Positions 36,963 to 49,099 of a stretch of 64,000 bases of DNA are shown piece by piece. Source of the stretch: Hemiscyllium ocellatum. Taxonomy: Eukaryota. Made by a program: the position numbers and the translations under genes. How positions within the stretch are numbered: position 1 is the stretch's first letter; each line of letters begins with the position of its first letter. The DNA is taken from the NCBI RefSeq assembly GCF_020745735.1, contig NC_083439.1:30208596-30272595 (forward strand), written 5' to 3'. Below the pieces are notes generated by a model that did no database searches, had not been told where the DNA came from, and saw only the letters and a program-made list of their open reading frames with translations.

Positions 36963-37870
36963 ACTGAATTCAGCTCCACAAGGTCTCATGGTGAAGGCCC
37001 CATCAATACAATCATCAAACATAGCTCATTGATCCAGGAGGGTGTCTGCTGGGTCCTGCCCACCCTCACCCAAGGAGAATGACAGTGAGACGCACGGAGA
37101 GATTGTCTGAGGCTGGTGTTTGGGTAGAATAAAGGGATTGACCTTATAATATACCTCCTCCTGTAAGTGTTTCATGGAGGCAATATGGACGAAGCTTTAT
37201 TCTGTATCTAAACTTGTCATGTCCCTGTCAGGGGAGTGTTTGATCAGGACAATGTAGGGAGAGCTTTAATTTCACTTTCCTTTTAATTCATAGACTCGAG
37301 GCAGTTTTACTCTGTATATCACCGCGTGCTGTCTCTGTCCTGGGAACCTTTGATGGGGACAGCTTTCCTTCCAGTTTTCAGGAATAGAGGAAGATTTCAT
37401 TTCAGTTGGAAAGAGTAGAATCTTTTACTCTGTTTCTAACCCAGGGAAGTCCCTGGATTGAAAGTGTTTGATATAGACAGTGTAGCTATACATTTAGTTT
37501 AAAAGTGTTACGACAGCTTTCTGATCAGTGAAAATGAGCAGAGGAAGTCCCACACTGACCTTGCTCTGGCGGAGTTTGTTGGGGGATGGTGTTGAGGGAG
37601 AAAGTGAGGACTGCAGATTCTGGACATCACAGTCAAAGTGTATGGTCCCTGAAAAACACAGCAGGCATTGCAGCATCTGAGGAGCAGAAGAGTCGGTTTT
37701 GGGTATAAACCCTTTTTCAGGATTGTGGATTGGGACAGGGGGCTGAGAGGTAAATAGAAGGTATGGGGTGGGGGCAAGGTAGCTAGGATTGCGATAGATG
37801 ACTTGGGGATAGGTAGATGCAGGTGCAGGGTGTTCAGAGAATTTTACATTCATTCTAAAAGGGAAGATAG

Positions 37871-38215
37871 GGCAGCACGATGGCACATTGGTTAACACTG
37901 CTGCCTCACAGATCCAGGGACATGGGTTCGATTCCAGTCTCGGGTGATTCTCTGTGTGGAGTTTGCAGACTCTCCTTGTGTCTGTGTGGGATTACTCTGG
38001 GTGCTCTGGTTTCCTCCCACTGTCTAAAGATGTGCAGGTTTGGTGGATTGGCCATGCAAACTTTCCTCAGGGATGTGTAAGTTTGATGCGTTAGTGAAGG
38101 GACATGTAGAGTAAGAGGAGAGGTGAATGAGTCTGGGTGGGTTATCTTTCAGAAGGTCAGTGTGGACTTGTTGGGCCAAATGGCCTGTTTCCATTCTGTA
38201 AGGATTGTATGATTC
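37871..38215 (+). mobile_element. HE1-like SINE (paralogs ~48748-49095, ~58144-58485)
   Basis: A/B boxes (GGTTCGATTCC) and SINE core. Confidence 0.8.
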
Positions 38216-38219
38216 TAGA

Positions 38220-39940
38220 TAAAGGTGGATAAATCCCTAGGAGCTAATCAGGTGTACCATCGACCTCGGGGAAGCTAGGGAAATGATTGCTGGGTCCCTT
38301 ACTGAGATATTTCTATCATTGATAGATGCAGGTGAGATGCCAGAAGATTGGAGCTTGGCAAACATGTTGTCATGATTTATGAAAGGTGCTAAGGAAAAGC
38401 CGGGGAACTATAGACCGATGAGCCTGACATCAGTGGTGGGGCAAGTTGTTGGAGGGAATCCAGAGGGATAGGATTCACGTGTATTTGGTAAGCCAAAGAC
38501 TGATTAGGGATAGTCAACATGGCTTTGTGAGTGGGAAATCATGTCTCATGAACTTGATTAACTTGATTGAAGTAGTAACAAAGAGGATTGATGAGGGTAG
38601 AGTAGTGGACATGATTGATATGAACTTCAGTAAGGCATTCAACAAGGTTCCTCATGGGTGACTGGTTAGCAAGGTTAGATCTCATAGAATACAGAGATTT
38701 GGATACAGAACTGGCTGGAAAGTAGAAGACAGAGGGTAGTGGTGGACGATTGCTTTTCAGAGTGGAGGACTGTGACCAGTGGTGTACCATAACGATCGAT
38801 GCTTTTTGTAATTTGTATCAATGATTTGGATGTGAACATAGGAGATATCGTTATTAAGTTTGCAGATGACACCAAACTTGAAGGTGTAGTAGAAAGCGAA
38901 GGAGGTTACCATGATCCATGCGATTGGCCCATGTCGATTTCACCAGTTTCCTCATTTCCCCTCTTCCCAGCCCCACCCTATCCCATTTATCTCTCAGGCA
39001 TCTTGAGGGCATCCCCTCATTCCTGATGACAAGCTTGTGCTTGATACAATGTCTCTCTTGTTCCTCAGATGCTGTCTGACCGACTGTGCTTTTCCAGCAA
39101 CACACTTTCTGACTCTGATCTACAGTCCTCACTTTCTCCCAACTCAGTACGTGCACCGAGAAATTGCAAATGGAGTTCAACGTAGATCAGTATGAGGTGT
39201 TACATATTGGGAAGTCACATCAAGGTAGGAGTTTCATGATGAATGTTCGGGCCTTAAGGAGTGTAGTGGGACAGAGGGACCTTGAAGTTCAGGTGTATGG
39301 TTTTCTGAAAGTGGAGTCACAGGTAGACAGGGCAGTGAAGGAGGCTTTTGACACACTGTCCTTCATCAGTCAGGGCACTGAGTAGAGATGTTGTGAAGTG
39401 ATGTTGCAGGTGTACAGAACGGTGACGAGGCCTGCACTTGGAGTATTGTGTTCAGTTTTGGTCACCTTACTGTTGGAAAGATGCTATTAAACAGGATAGA
39501 GTGCAGAAGGAATTTACAAGGATGTTGCCAGGACTCAGGGTCTGAGTTGGAGGGAGAGGTTGCACAAGCTCGGATGTTTTTCTTTCGAGCAAAGGAGCCG
39601 GGGGTGGGAATCTTATGGAAGATTAATAGGTCAAGAAAGACATGCATGGGATGAATGTGCTCAGTCTTTTTCCCAGGATTGAGGAGTCAAGGCCGAGAGG
39701 GCACCAGTTTATGGAGAGAGGGGAAAGAATGAAAGGGAATTGAGGGGCAATGATTTCACACAGAGGGAGGTCCGCATATGGAATAAGAAGCCAGCAGAGG
39801 TGGTTGTGGCAGGTACATAAACAATGTTCAAATGCATTGAGACAAATTCATGGATAGGAAATGATTAGAAGGCTGTGGGCCCTGTACAGGGAAATGGGGT
39901 TAGTGTGGATGGACATTTTCATAGGCAAGGACCAATTTGC
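38220..39940 (+). mobile_element. CR1 RT fragment with nested Penelope tail
   Basis: QHGFVSGKSCL, FSKAFNKVPH, KFADDTK. Confidence 0.85.
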
Positions 39941-40710
39941 CAAGGGGAGGAGGTTCCACAATTTCCCCACCCTCAATGATGGGGGAGTCCAGCACAAAGG
40001 ATCTCCATAGGGACAAGCTATTGTAGTCCCCAGCATCACTGATACCTGTCTTCAGTCTGTACTATTACCAAGGAGTCCTTGGAAAATTGAACTCAGTTGG
40101 ATTAAATAAACCTCTTTGCTGGTTGGAATCATATCCAGCACAAAAAGATGGTTCTGGTTATCAAGGTTCAATCACCACATTCCCAGATCATCTCTGCACG
40201 AGTTCCTCAAGGTACTCTCAGATACAACCATGTCAACTGCTCCATCAAAGACCTTCCCTCCATCAGAATGTCAGAAGTGGGGATGTTTGCTCATGATTAC
40301 CCAGTGTTCAGCCCCATTGACAATGTCACAGATACTGAAACAGTCCCTGTTCAAATGCAGCAAGACCTGAACAACATTCACATTCAGAACACACAACTGT
40401 CAGGCAATGACTGTCTCCAACAAGGGAAAATCTCACTATCACACCATGACAGTCTCCATGACATTCCCATTGCTCAATCCCTCACTATTAACATCCTGTG
40501 GCTTCTGTGTCGTGGCTGGGATTTGTTGCCTGTCCCTAATTGCCCTTGATGTGATTGGTTTGCTCAGCTCTTTCAGAATCAGCGACATTGCTGTGGGTCT
40601 GGAGTCACATTTAGGCCAGACCAGGTCAAGGTGGTAGATTTCCTTCCCTGATGGGAATTGTGCACAAGATGGGATTTTATAAAAGATTAGTTTCACATTC
40701 ACAATTACCA
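39940..40710 (+). mobile_element. Older CR1-clade fragment (paralogs ~50845-51640, ~60215-61000, partial ~30967-31200)
   Basis: VPQGTL..IKDLPSIRMSEVGMFAHD; the 60421-60912 copy retains GMFADDC. Confidence 0.75.
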
Positions 40711-41102
40711 AGAGTAGATATTTCCAAAAAAAAATAAAACACAAAATTCCACCACTGACTACAATCAGATTTGAGCCCTCAGCCTTAGATGATTAACCCG
40801 ACTCACTGAATTCCTGTTTCAGTAACATACCATTACGCCACTTGTCCCACCTGTAGACAGAAGCCTGAACCTCAGACAGATGGCTCAGTGATAGCCATTA
40901 GGGTCAAGGCAGCATGAATTTAATTAACATAGAATCCCTGCAGTGTGGAAACAGACCATTCAGTCCTACAAGTCCATACTGACCCTCTGAAAAGTAAGCC
41001 ACCCACCCTTACTTTACATTTACCCCCGACGAATACTCCTAACCTAATCATCTCTGAACACAATGGTCCATTTAGCACAGCCAGTTAACATAACCTGCAC
41101 AT

Positions 41103-43925
41103 ACAGTTGTACAGCATGGAAACGGATCCTTCGGTCCAACTCATCCATGCTGACCAGATATCCCAACCCAATCTCGTCCTACCAGCCAGTACCCAGCCCA
41201 TATCCCTCCAAACCCTTCCTATTCAAATACACATCCAAATGCCTTTTAAATGTTACAATTGTACCAGCCTCCACCACTTCCTCTGGCAGCTCATTCCATA
41301 CATGTACTACCCTCTGCATGGAAATGTTGTCGCTATGGTCTCTTTTATATCTTTCCCATCTCACCCTAAACCTATGCCTTCTAGTTCTGGACTCCCCCAC
41401 CCCAAGGAAAAGACTTCGTCTATTTACCCTATCCATGCCCCTCACGATTTTATAAATCTCTATAAGGTCACCCCTCAGCATTTGACGCTCCAGGGAAAAC
41501 AGCCCCAGCCTGTTCAACCTCTCTGTATAGCTCAAATCCACCAAACCTGGCAGCATCCTTGTCAATCTTTTCGGAACCCTTTCAAGTTTCACAACATCTT
41601 TCCAATAGGAAAGAGACCAGAACTGCAGGCAATATTCCAACAGTGGCCTAACCAATGTCCTGTACAGCTGCAACATGACCTCCCAACTCCTGCACTCAAT
41701 ACTCTGACCAATAAAGGAAAGCATACCAAACACCTCCTTCACTATCCTATCTACCGACGACTCCACTTTCAAGGAGCTATGAACCTGCACTCCAAGGTCT
41801 CTGTTCACCAACACTCCCTAGGAGCTTACCATTAAGTGTCCAAGTCCTGTGAAAATTTGCTTTGCCAAAATATTTATCTAAATTATCACATTTATCTAAA
41901 TTAAATTCAATCTGCCACTTCACTGCCCATGGGCCCATCTGATCAAGATCCTGTTGTAATCTGAGGAAACTCTTCGCTGTCCATTACACCTCCAATTTTG
42001 GTGTCATCTGCAAACTTACTAACTATACCACGTATGCTCACATTCAAATCATTTTTGTAAATGACAAAAAGTAGAGGACCCACCACTGATCCTTGTGGCA
42101 CTCCATTGGTCACAGGCCTCCAGTCTGAAAAATAACCCTCCACCACCCTCTGTCTTCTACTTTTGAGACAGTCTGTATCCAAATGGTGATTTCTCCCTGT
42201 ATTCCATGAGATATAACTTTGTTAACCAGTCTCCCATGGGGAATCTTGTCGAACACCTCACTGAAGTCCATCTCAATCCTCTTTGATACTTCAATAAACT
42301 CAGTCAAGTATGTGAGACATGATTTCTCATGCACAAAGCCATGTTGACTATTCCTAATCAGTCCATGCCTTTCAAAATACATGCACATCCTGTCCCTTAG
42401 AATTCCCTTCAACAACTTGCCCACCACCAACATCAGGCTCACTGGTCTATAGTTCCTTGGCTTGTGCTTATCACACTTCTTGAACAGTGGCACCACGTTA
42501 GCCAACCTCCAGTCTTCCAGAATCTCACCTGTGGTGATTGAGGTTACCATGTGTCCAGCAATCACTTCCCTAGCTGCCAACAAAATTCTAGGGAACACCT
42601 GATCGGGTCCTGGTGATTTATCCATTTCAAGACATCCAGCACTTCTTCCTCTGTAATATGGACATTTTTCAAGATGTCACTGTCTATTTCCCTAGATTCT
42701 TTTCCACAGTAAATACTGATGCAAAATATTTGTTTAGTATCTCCCCCATCTCCTGCGGCTCCACACAAAGTTCACCTTGCTGTACTTTGAGGGGCCCAGT
42801 TCTCTCCTTAGTTACCCTTTTGTCCTTTATGTATTTGTAAAAACCTTTTGGATTCTCCTTTACTCTATTTGCCAAAACTGTCTCATGTCCCCTTTTTGCC
42901 TTCCTGATTTCCCTCTTAACTTTATTCCTACTTCCTTTATACTCTTTGAAGGATTCATTGATCTATCCTGTCTATTCCTGACATATGCTTCCTTCGTTTT
43001 CTTAACCAAACCCTCAATTTCTTAAGTCATCCAGCATTCCCTACACCTCCCAGCCATCCCTTTCACCCAGACAGGAATATACTTTCTCTGGATTCTCGTT
43101 ATCTCATTTCTGAAGGCTTCCCATTTTCCAGCCATCTCGTTACCTGCGAATATCTGCCCCCAGTCAGCTTTTGAAAGTTCTTGCCTAATGCTGTCAAAAT
43201 TGGCCTTTCTCCAATTCAGAACTTCAACATTTCGATCTGGTCTATCCTTTTCCATCACTATTAAAAAAAAAAGAATTATGTTCACTCGCCCCAAAATGCT
43301 CCCCCACCTCAGTCACCTGCCCTGACTTATTTCCCAAGAGTAGTGAAGTTTTGCAACTTCTCTCGTAGGTTCATGGACATAATGAATCAACAAAATTTTA
43401 GATTAGATTACTTAGTGTGGAAACAGGCCCTTCGGCCCAACAAGTCCACACCGACCCGCAATCCACCCATACATTTACCCCCTACCTAACACTACGGGCA
43501 ATTTAGCATGGCCAATTCACCTGACCCGCACATCTTTGGACTGTGGGAGGAAACCGGAGCACCCGGAGGAAACCCACGCAGACACGGGGAGAACGTGCAA
43601 ACTCCACACAGTCAGTTGCCTGAGTCAGGAATTGAACCCGGGTCTCAGGCACTGAGAGACAGCAGTGCTAACCACTGTGCCACTGTACACTTCACAAATT
43701 CCTCTCCATCTAAACCCTTCACACTATGACAGTCTCACTCTATGTTTGGAAAGTTCAATTCCCCTACCATAATTACCCTATTCTCACATAACTCCGATCC
43801 CCTTACAAATATGTTTGTCAGTCCAGTCCATCACTGAGCCATGTTTTTGTAATTGCTATGGGTTCCCAGTCACATGTTCCTAACCACCCCCTGAGTTTAT
43901 CTGCCTTCCTGTTACTTCTTGTATT
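41103..43925 (-). mobile_element. CR1 LINE ORF2 remnant nested in a SINE (inverted paralog of 7069-9927)
   Basis: [39 protein letters not shown]. Confidence 0.9.
43398..43686 (-). mobile_element. Young, near full-length HE1-like SINE with TCTAA tail
   Basis: Intact A box TGGCACAGTGG and B box GGTTCAATTCC, many CpGs retained; empty site at ~63715-63735. Confidence 0.9.
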
Positions 43926-44544
43926 GTGGGAGGAAACCCACACAGATGCAGGGAGAACTCCACACAGATCATTGCCAGCATTGGCCATCGAACCCAGGTC
44001 CCTGGTGCAATGATGCAGCAATGCTAACCACTGCACTGCTATGCTGCCAGCGAGAATGCAAGAGAAATCGTAGCAGATTGTGCTGAAACACAGTACGTGT
44101 TTTGTGTTGGGGGTGACTTTTGAAAAAGTTGCAGGATCGCTTCTCAAATGAGGCCAGACCACATTGGTTTTTCCCCAGGCTTGTGTGGTTTGCTTCAGAT
44201 TTACAGGCCATACAGTATCTTGCTTTTAGTCCTGAGGGTAAATTCCTTCCAGAGACTTCAGCATGTGACAGTCCTGTCACTTTAAGAATTATATTTTGTC
44301 CTGGATTTTGAAGAGAAACTTGGAGGCAAAGGCAGAGAACTGTATATTAGAAACCAGTGAAGTCAACAGCTTATGAGGCCTTGGGTTTTGTTTAAGAAAT
44401 TGGAATAAAAGCAGCAGCCTGAACGGGTGCAGTCCACCTCTCAGAACCAGAATTAGTAGATTTAACTTTCAGAGGTTGTTTTGGAGCCTAGAAAGAGAAG
44501 TTATTTACCCCGCTCAGGGTTTATGGAATTATGACAACTTGACC

Positions 44545-45300
44545 AGCGTCAAAACATGTGTTGCTGGAAAAGCACAGCCAGTCAGGCAGCATCTGAGCAA
44601 CAGGGGAGTCAACATTTCAAGAATAAGTTCAGCATCAGGAATGTGGGAGGAGGCACCAAGGCAACAGACAGATAAATGGGAGGGAGTGGGGCTAGGTGAA
44701 AGGTAGCTGGGAATACGACAGGGAGATGAAGGTGGGGGCTGCTGGTGATAGGTGGGAAAGATAGACAGACATGTTGGACAGTTCAGAAAGGACTGTGCTG
44801 AGTTAGAAAGTTGGATCTGGGATGGGAGGGGAAGAACACGAGATCAGAACTGGCAAAGTCCACATTGATCTCCTCAGGTTGGAGGGTCCTAAAGGTGGAA
44901 GATGATGTGTCCTTCCTCTAGTTGTGGGTGGCTAGAATCTGGTGGCAGAAGCAGTCCAGAACTTGCATGTCCTTAGACTAGGAGGGGCAGTTGGAGTGTT
45001 CAGCCACAGGGTGATGAGAGTCCCAAAGTTATTCTGCAAGTTGGTGGAACCAACTGTCAGACCAAAGGAGTAGCCATGGGCACCTGCATGGACCACAGCT
45101 ATGCCTGCCTCTGTCTGGTTCATGGAACAGTTCCTCTTCCACAGCTACACTGCCACCATTACACATCTTGCCCTCCATTTCATTGATGACCATTGTTCAC
45201 ATGTTGTACAACCATGTGGAGCAAGAACAGTTCAGTGTTTACTGCGGAGGACAATATGGAAGGTGGAAAATGGGGAACAAGATGGTGACATCTTAAAATT
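44545..45300 (-). mobile_element. Penelope-like remnant (class A flank) with HHR-like core ~44608-44642
   Basis: Minus strand GHIIFHL-RTLQPEEINVDFAS and ATTCCTGATGCTGAACTTATTCTTGAAATGTTGAC. Confidence 0.68.
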
Positions 45301-47360
45301 TCAAGATTACAGAGCAGGTGGTCCTAGATAGCTTATACCACATCCCCTGTTCTAGATGAGAGAGCACAGTCATACAAATTCACCTCAAGGAATAGAACAA
45401 CAGCAATCAATATTCCAAATGGGGTTCTCAGCATTTGACTGAGCAGAAACCTTTCTGGACATTTAGTTTGATGTTTTAGGGACGTGATAACATTCAGCCC
45501 ATCAGTTTGAAAACCCAATACTGTAGGTTTCAGTATTCTGAGGGATAACAGGACACAAACAACAGGACTGCCCACACACCAGGACATCGTAACATTGGGA
45601 GCACACCCAGACACTGCTGAAGAGAATCTAAACAGACTAGAAACACCAAATGTTTCTCCCTCAGACACCGCCACATCTGAGCAGTTCCTCCAGCACATTC
45701 TGCAAACTAGCTTAATCAGAAAGGAAAGCCCCTTTCCAAGGTGGTCAATCCCCTGGTACTCCCTGGGAGGAGCAAACAATATCTTCCATAGCCCAATCAT
45801 TTGGAAGCTCAGTTCATGGATTGGAAAGGCTAAACATAGGGATTGAACCAGGAATTGTTTAAACAAAATGCAGAAACAAACCAGCTCCAGAGAGAAGACA
45901 CCATGAATCACTGCTTTATTCACTATTTCTATCACCAGTTGATGGGTGTTTGCTTGTGTCTCCTGTACAGGAACAAGGCCAGCAATGAAGCAGAGATCAG
46001 ACAGACAGCTGTCACAGTCAGGACCACCATCACAACCAGCTCTGACTCCACACCTACAAAACAAGGAGAAACCAATGGTTACTGAGGGAAAACCGGGACA
46101 GAAAGGGAAACTAGCAGGCAGCCAACTCACCGCTTGGAGACCTCTCCTGAATCCTTCCGTCACCCTCAGTCAGGGGCTGCGTTGCCAGGTTGGTCAGCTC
46201 AGTATCCAGAATGATCAGGGGGCCAAGTGAGGCCTCCTCCTCCCACTCCAATCCAGCTTCACTCTCTGCAAGATCAAACATCCCAGTCAGGGAGGGGGAG
46301 TGGGGGTGAGGAGAGATACCCAACATCTAGAGGGTCAATGTCCTACCAGCTTCAGGGCCAATGTCTTTCCTTCTGGAGGTAAACAGGAGCTCCTTGTGCT
46401 CCCACAATTCCCCACATGGCAACAGGCACAAATGTCACTGTCTGACCCCTCCAATGGCCTCCAGCTAAACAAGAGAAACAGCCCATCAACCACATGGTGC
46501 ATCACCTCTCCCAACAACAACATCCCTGAGGGACAGGGAGAGGGAACTTACATATGCTCCAGCTTCTGGAAAGTACAAGCTTTGTTCCTGGAATCTCCCT
46601 GATCCACTGCAGCAACTCTCAGGTGACAGGTGATGAACATCTGAGGGACACAGTTAGAACAAGTCAGTGCTTAGTGACTCCCTCCCAAGTGAGGAGAACC
46701 ACATCAGCAGCTTCCTCTTACCAAGGATCGCTCATCTCCATGGAAACGGAAAGCATCCAGCTCAAACCGGAGCTTGTCCGGCTCCCAACAAAACGGAGGT
46801 TGAAAAGGAGTCCTCAGCTTTGCTGTCCAGGAGGCAACTGCAGATGGACAAAGGGCCATGAAGTGAATGGAGTGAAGCCATTGAGATGGGAGCAGCTGGA
46901 GAAAGCAGAGAGCTCCTTACCCATTGTAGTCAATGATGCTGTATCTTGGTGTGGAGTCCTTGTCTGGGCTCAGTGTAGCTACACAGCGATCAATGTACAG
47001 CTTCAGGGGCACGTGGTTGGCCATTGAAACAGATGCCTCAATGTGAATGAGTTCTCCCAGGTAGTAGACAGTGGAAGTGCGCTCTGTAAGGCAGTCTCTG
47101 AAGTACAGCAAGACAAGGGTTGGAATCGATGGGTGAAACACCCAGAGACACCAGGAGATCCCTCCCCAGCCACCCATCACATACCATTCATTAGACACAG
47201 GGAGAATGACAGATGCCCTTCTCCAGCCCTCAAGTACAGAGCAGTCAGTTTATTCATTCAATAGCACCCCCCCCCCCTCCCTCAGTGGGAAGGACGTCAA
47301 GTCCATTAACCTAATGACATGGAAGATATCTTCCCTCAAGGTAAACACATCATGCTGCTA

Positions 47361-47451
47361 GCCTGATGGAGGGCTTCTGTCAAAGTGTCAATTTTCCTGC
47401 TCCTCGGACATTGACTGACCTGCTGTGCTTTCGCAGCACCACACTAACCTC
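47361..47451 (+). mobile_element. 91-bp Penelope-derived insert with degenerate HHR, 8-bp TSD
   Basis: TGCTGCTA at 47353-47360 and 47452-47459; begins GCCTGATGGAGGGCTT and contains the GACCTGCTGTGCTTT tail. Confidence 0.75.
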
Positions 47452-47969
47452 TGCTGCTATATTATTTGCATTCCTATAACGTCTCTATTGAAGAACTGTA
47501 CAAGAATGATGCACTGTGGAAAGTCACTAAATCAATTCAGGACAAAGTTCACAGTATCCAAACATCCACAAATCACCACATGATACCCAACTCATACTGA
47601 CAAAACATACATTGTAACAGAACAATGGATATTACCAGAAGCTTCCAAACCAGTGAAAATAGCAGCACAAGATTAGAGGAGGAGAACAGTTAAGTCGGAG
47701 TCCAGTCCAGGATAGAAACCAAGTCTGGAGTATTTGAGAAGCAGGAGAATGGTCCTTCACAAAAGGCAATGATCTCAGCCAGGAATCCTTGACAGCCCAA
47801 ACATCCAGCAAGTTTAGACAACTTCCATTACCTACAATCTGCTGCGACACTCATGCAGGCCATTGTTGAAGAAGACAGTCTGGTTCTCAGGGAAAATTCT
47901 GTTTGGCCAACAGCCTGCTACCCCCAAAATCAGGTCAGCAGCTTTAATCAGGTGCCTGGTTCCAAATAA

Positions 47970-48022
47970 TTCCTTGGATGCTGCCTAACCTGCTGTGCTT
48001 TAACCACCAACACATTTTCAGC
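47970..48022 (+). mobile_element. 53-bp Penelope-derived insert in ZP3 copy 5 exon 1, 9-bp TSD
   Basis: TCCAAATAA at 47961-47969 and 48023-48031; sequence matches the post-HHR part of the 13450-13581 element. Confidence 0.8.
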
Positions 48023-49099
48023 TCCAAATAAATCCAGCTGGGCCCTAACCAGCAGGTTGTGCTCTCCACACTGCACCGTCACAGTCTGCAGTGGGGACAC
48101 ACTCCCAACCTCAGACATTTGAAACTGGAACGAACGGGACCCCCATTAGGCGGCACTCTCTCAGGAACAGGGCTGGCTCTCACTATTGTCCATGGAAATC
48201 TCTGGTTCAGAAACTGTTGCCATGTGTCCTGGGAGTCTTTGATGGGGACAGCTTTCCTTCCAGTTTTCAAGAATAGTTTCAGTTACAGAGAGTAGAATCT
48301 TTTACTCAGTTTCTAACTCAGGAAAGTCTCTGGATTGAAAGTGTTTGATGTAGACAGTGTAGCTGTACATTTAGTTTAGAAGTGTAGAGACAGCTTTCTA
48401 TTCAGTGAAAATGAGCAGAGGAAGCTCATGTATCGAGTCCCACACCTACCTTGCCCTGGTGGAGTTTCATGAGGATGGTGTTGTGGAAGAAAGTGAGGAG
48501 TGCAGATGCTGGAGACCAGAGTCGAAACGTGTGGCACTGGAAAAGCACAACAGGTCATGCAGCATCCGAGGAGTGTGAGAGTCCACTTTTCCAGTAGGAG
48601 CTGTTCATCAGGATTGTGGATTGGGAAAGGGGCTGAGAGATAAACAGGAGGTTAGGGGTGGGGGCAAGTTATCTGGGATGGCGATAGGTAGATGCAGGTG
48701 TGGGGTTTTGAGGGAACTGAAATTTCATTTCAAAAGGAAAGATGGGGTGTCACATTGGCACAGTGGTTAGCACTGCTGCCTCACAGCGCCAGGGACATGG
48801 GTTCGATTCCAGTCTCAGGTCACTCTGTGTGGACTTTGCACATTCTCCCCGTGTCTGTGTGGGATTACTCTGGGTTTTCCGGTCTCCTCTCACTGTTCAG
48901 AGATGTGCAGGTACAGTGGGCTGGCAATGGGAATTTACCCATAGTGTTCTAGGATACGTAGGTTAGGTTCTTCATTCAAAGAAATGTAGAGTAATAGGGT
49001 AGGGGAATGAGTCTGGGTGGGTTACTGTTCAGAGGGTCAGTGTGGACCTTTTCGGGGCCAAATGTAGGGATCCACACTGCAGGGATTCTATGATTCAAC

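Larger units (their letters stand above)
45932..48225 (-). pseudogene. ZP3-like copy 5, multiply disrupted pseudogene
   Basis: Promoter, ATG and signal peptide are deleted (junction ~48225). The exon 1 remnant (48225-47832) has a 1-nt deletion (~48120), a 53-bp insertion (47970-48022) and CAG>TAG (47834-47832). Exon 2 and the 5' half of exon 3 are missing (47226-47185 remains). Exon 4 (47097-46921) is -1 nt, exon 5 (46837-46722) is -11 nt, exon 7 (46464-46347) is -4 nt. Exons 6 (46640-46552), 8 (46265-46131) and 9 (46053-45932) are full length. Confidence 0.92.

Noticed and set aside
41107-41835. 242-aa ORF (and 9280-9924, 21865-22386)
   Set aside because: Antisense shadows of CR1 ORF2; no independent protein motifs.
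45333-46163. 276-aa ORF, the longest in the window
   Set aside because: Off-frame read through ZP3 exon 8, intron 8, exon 9 and the 3' flank; the paralogous frames close after ~110 aa.
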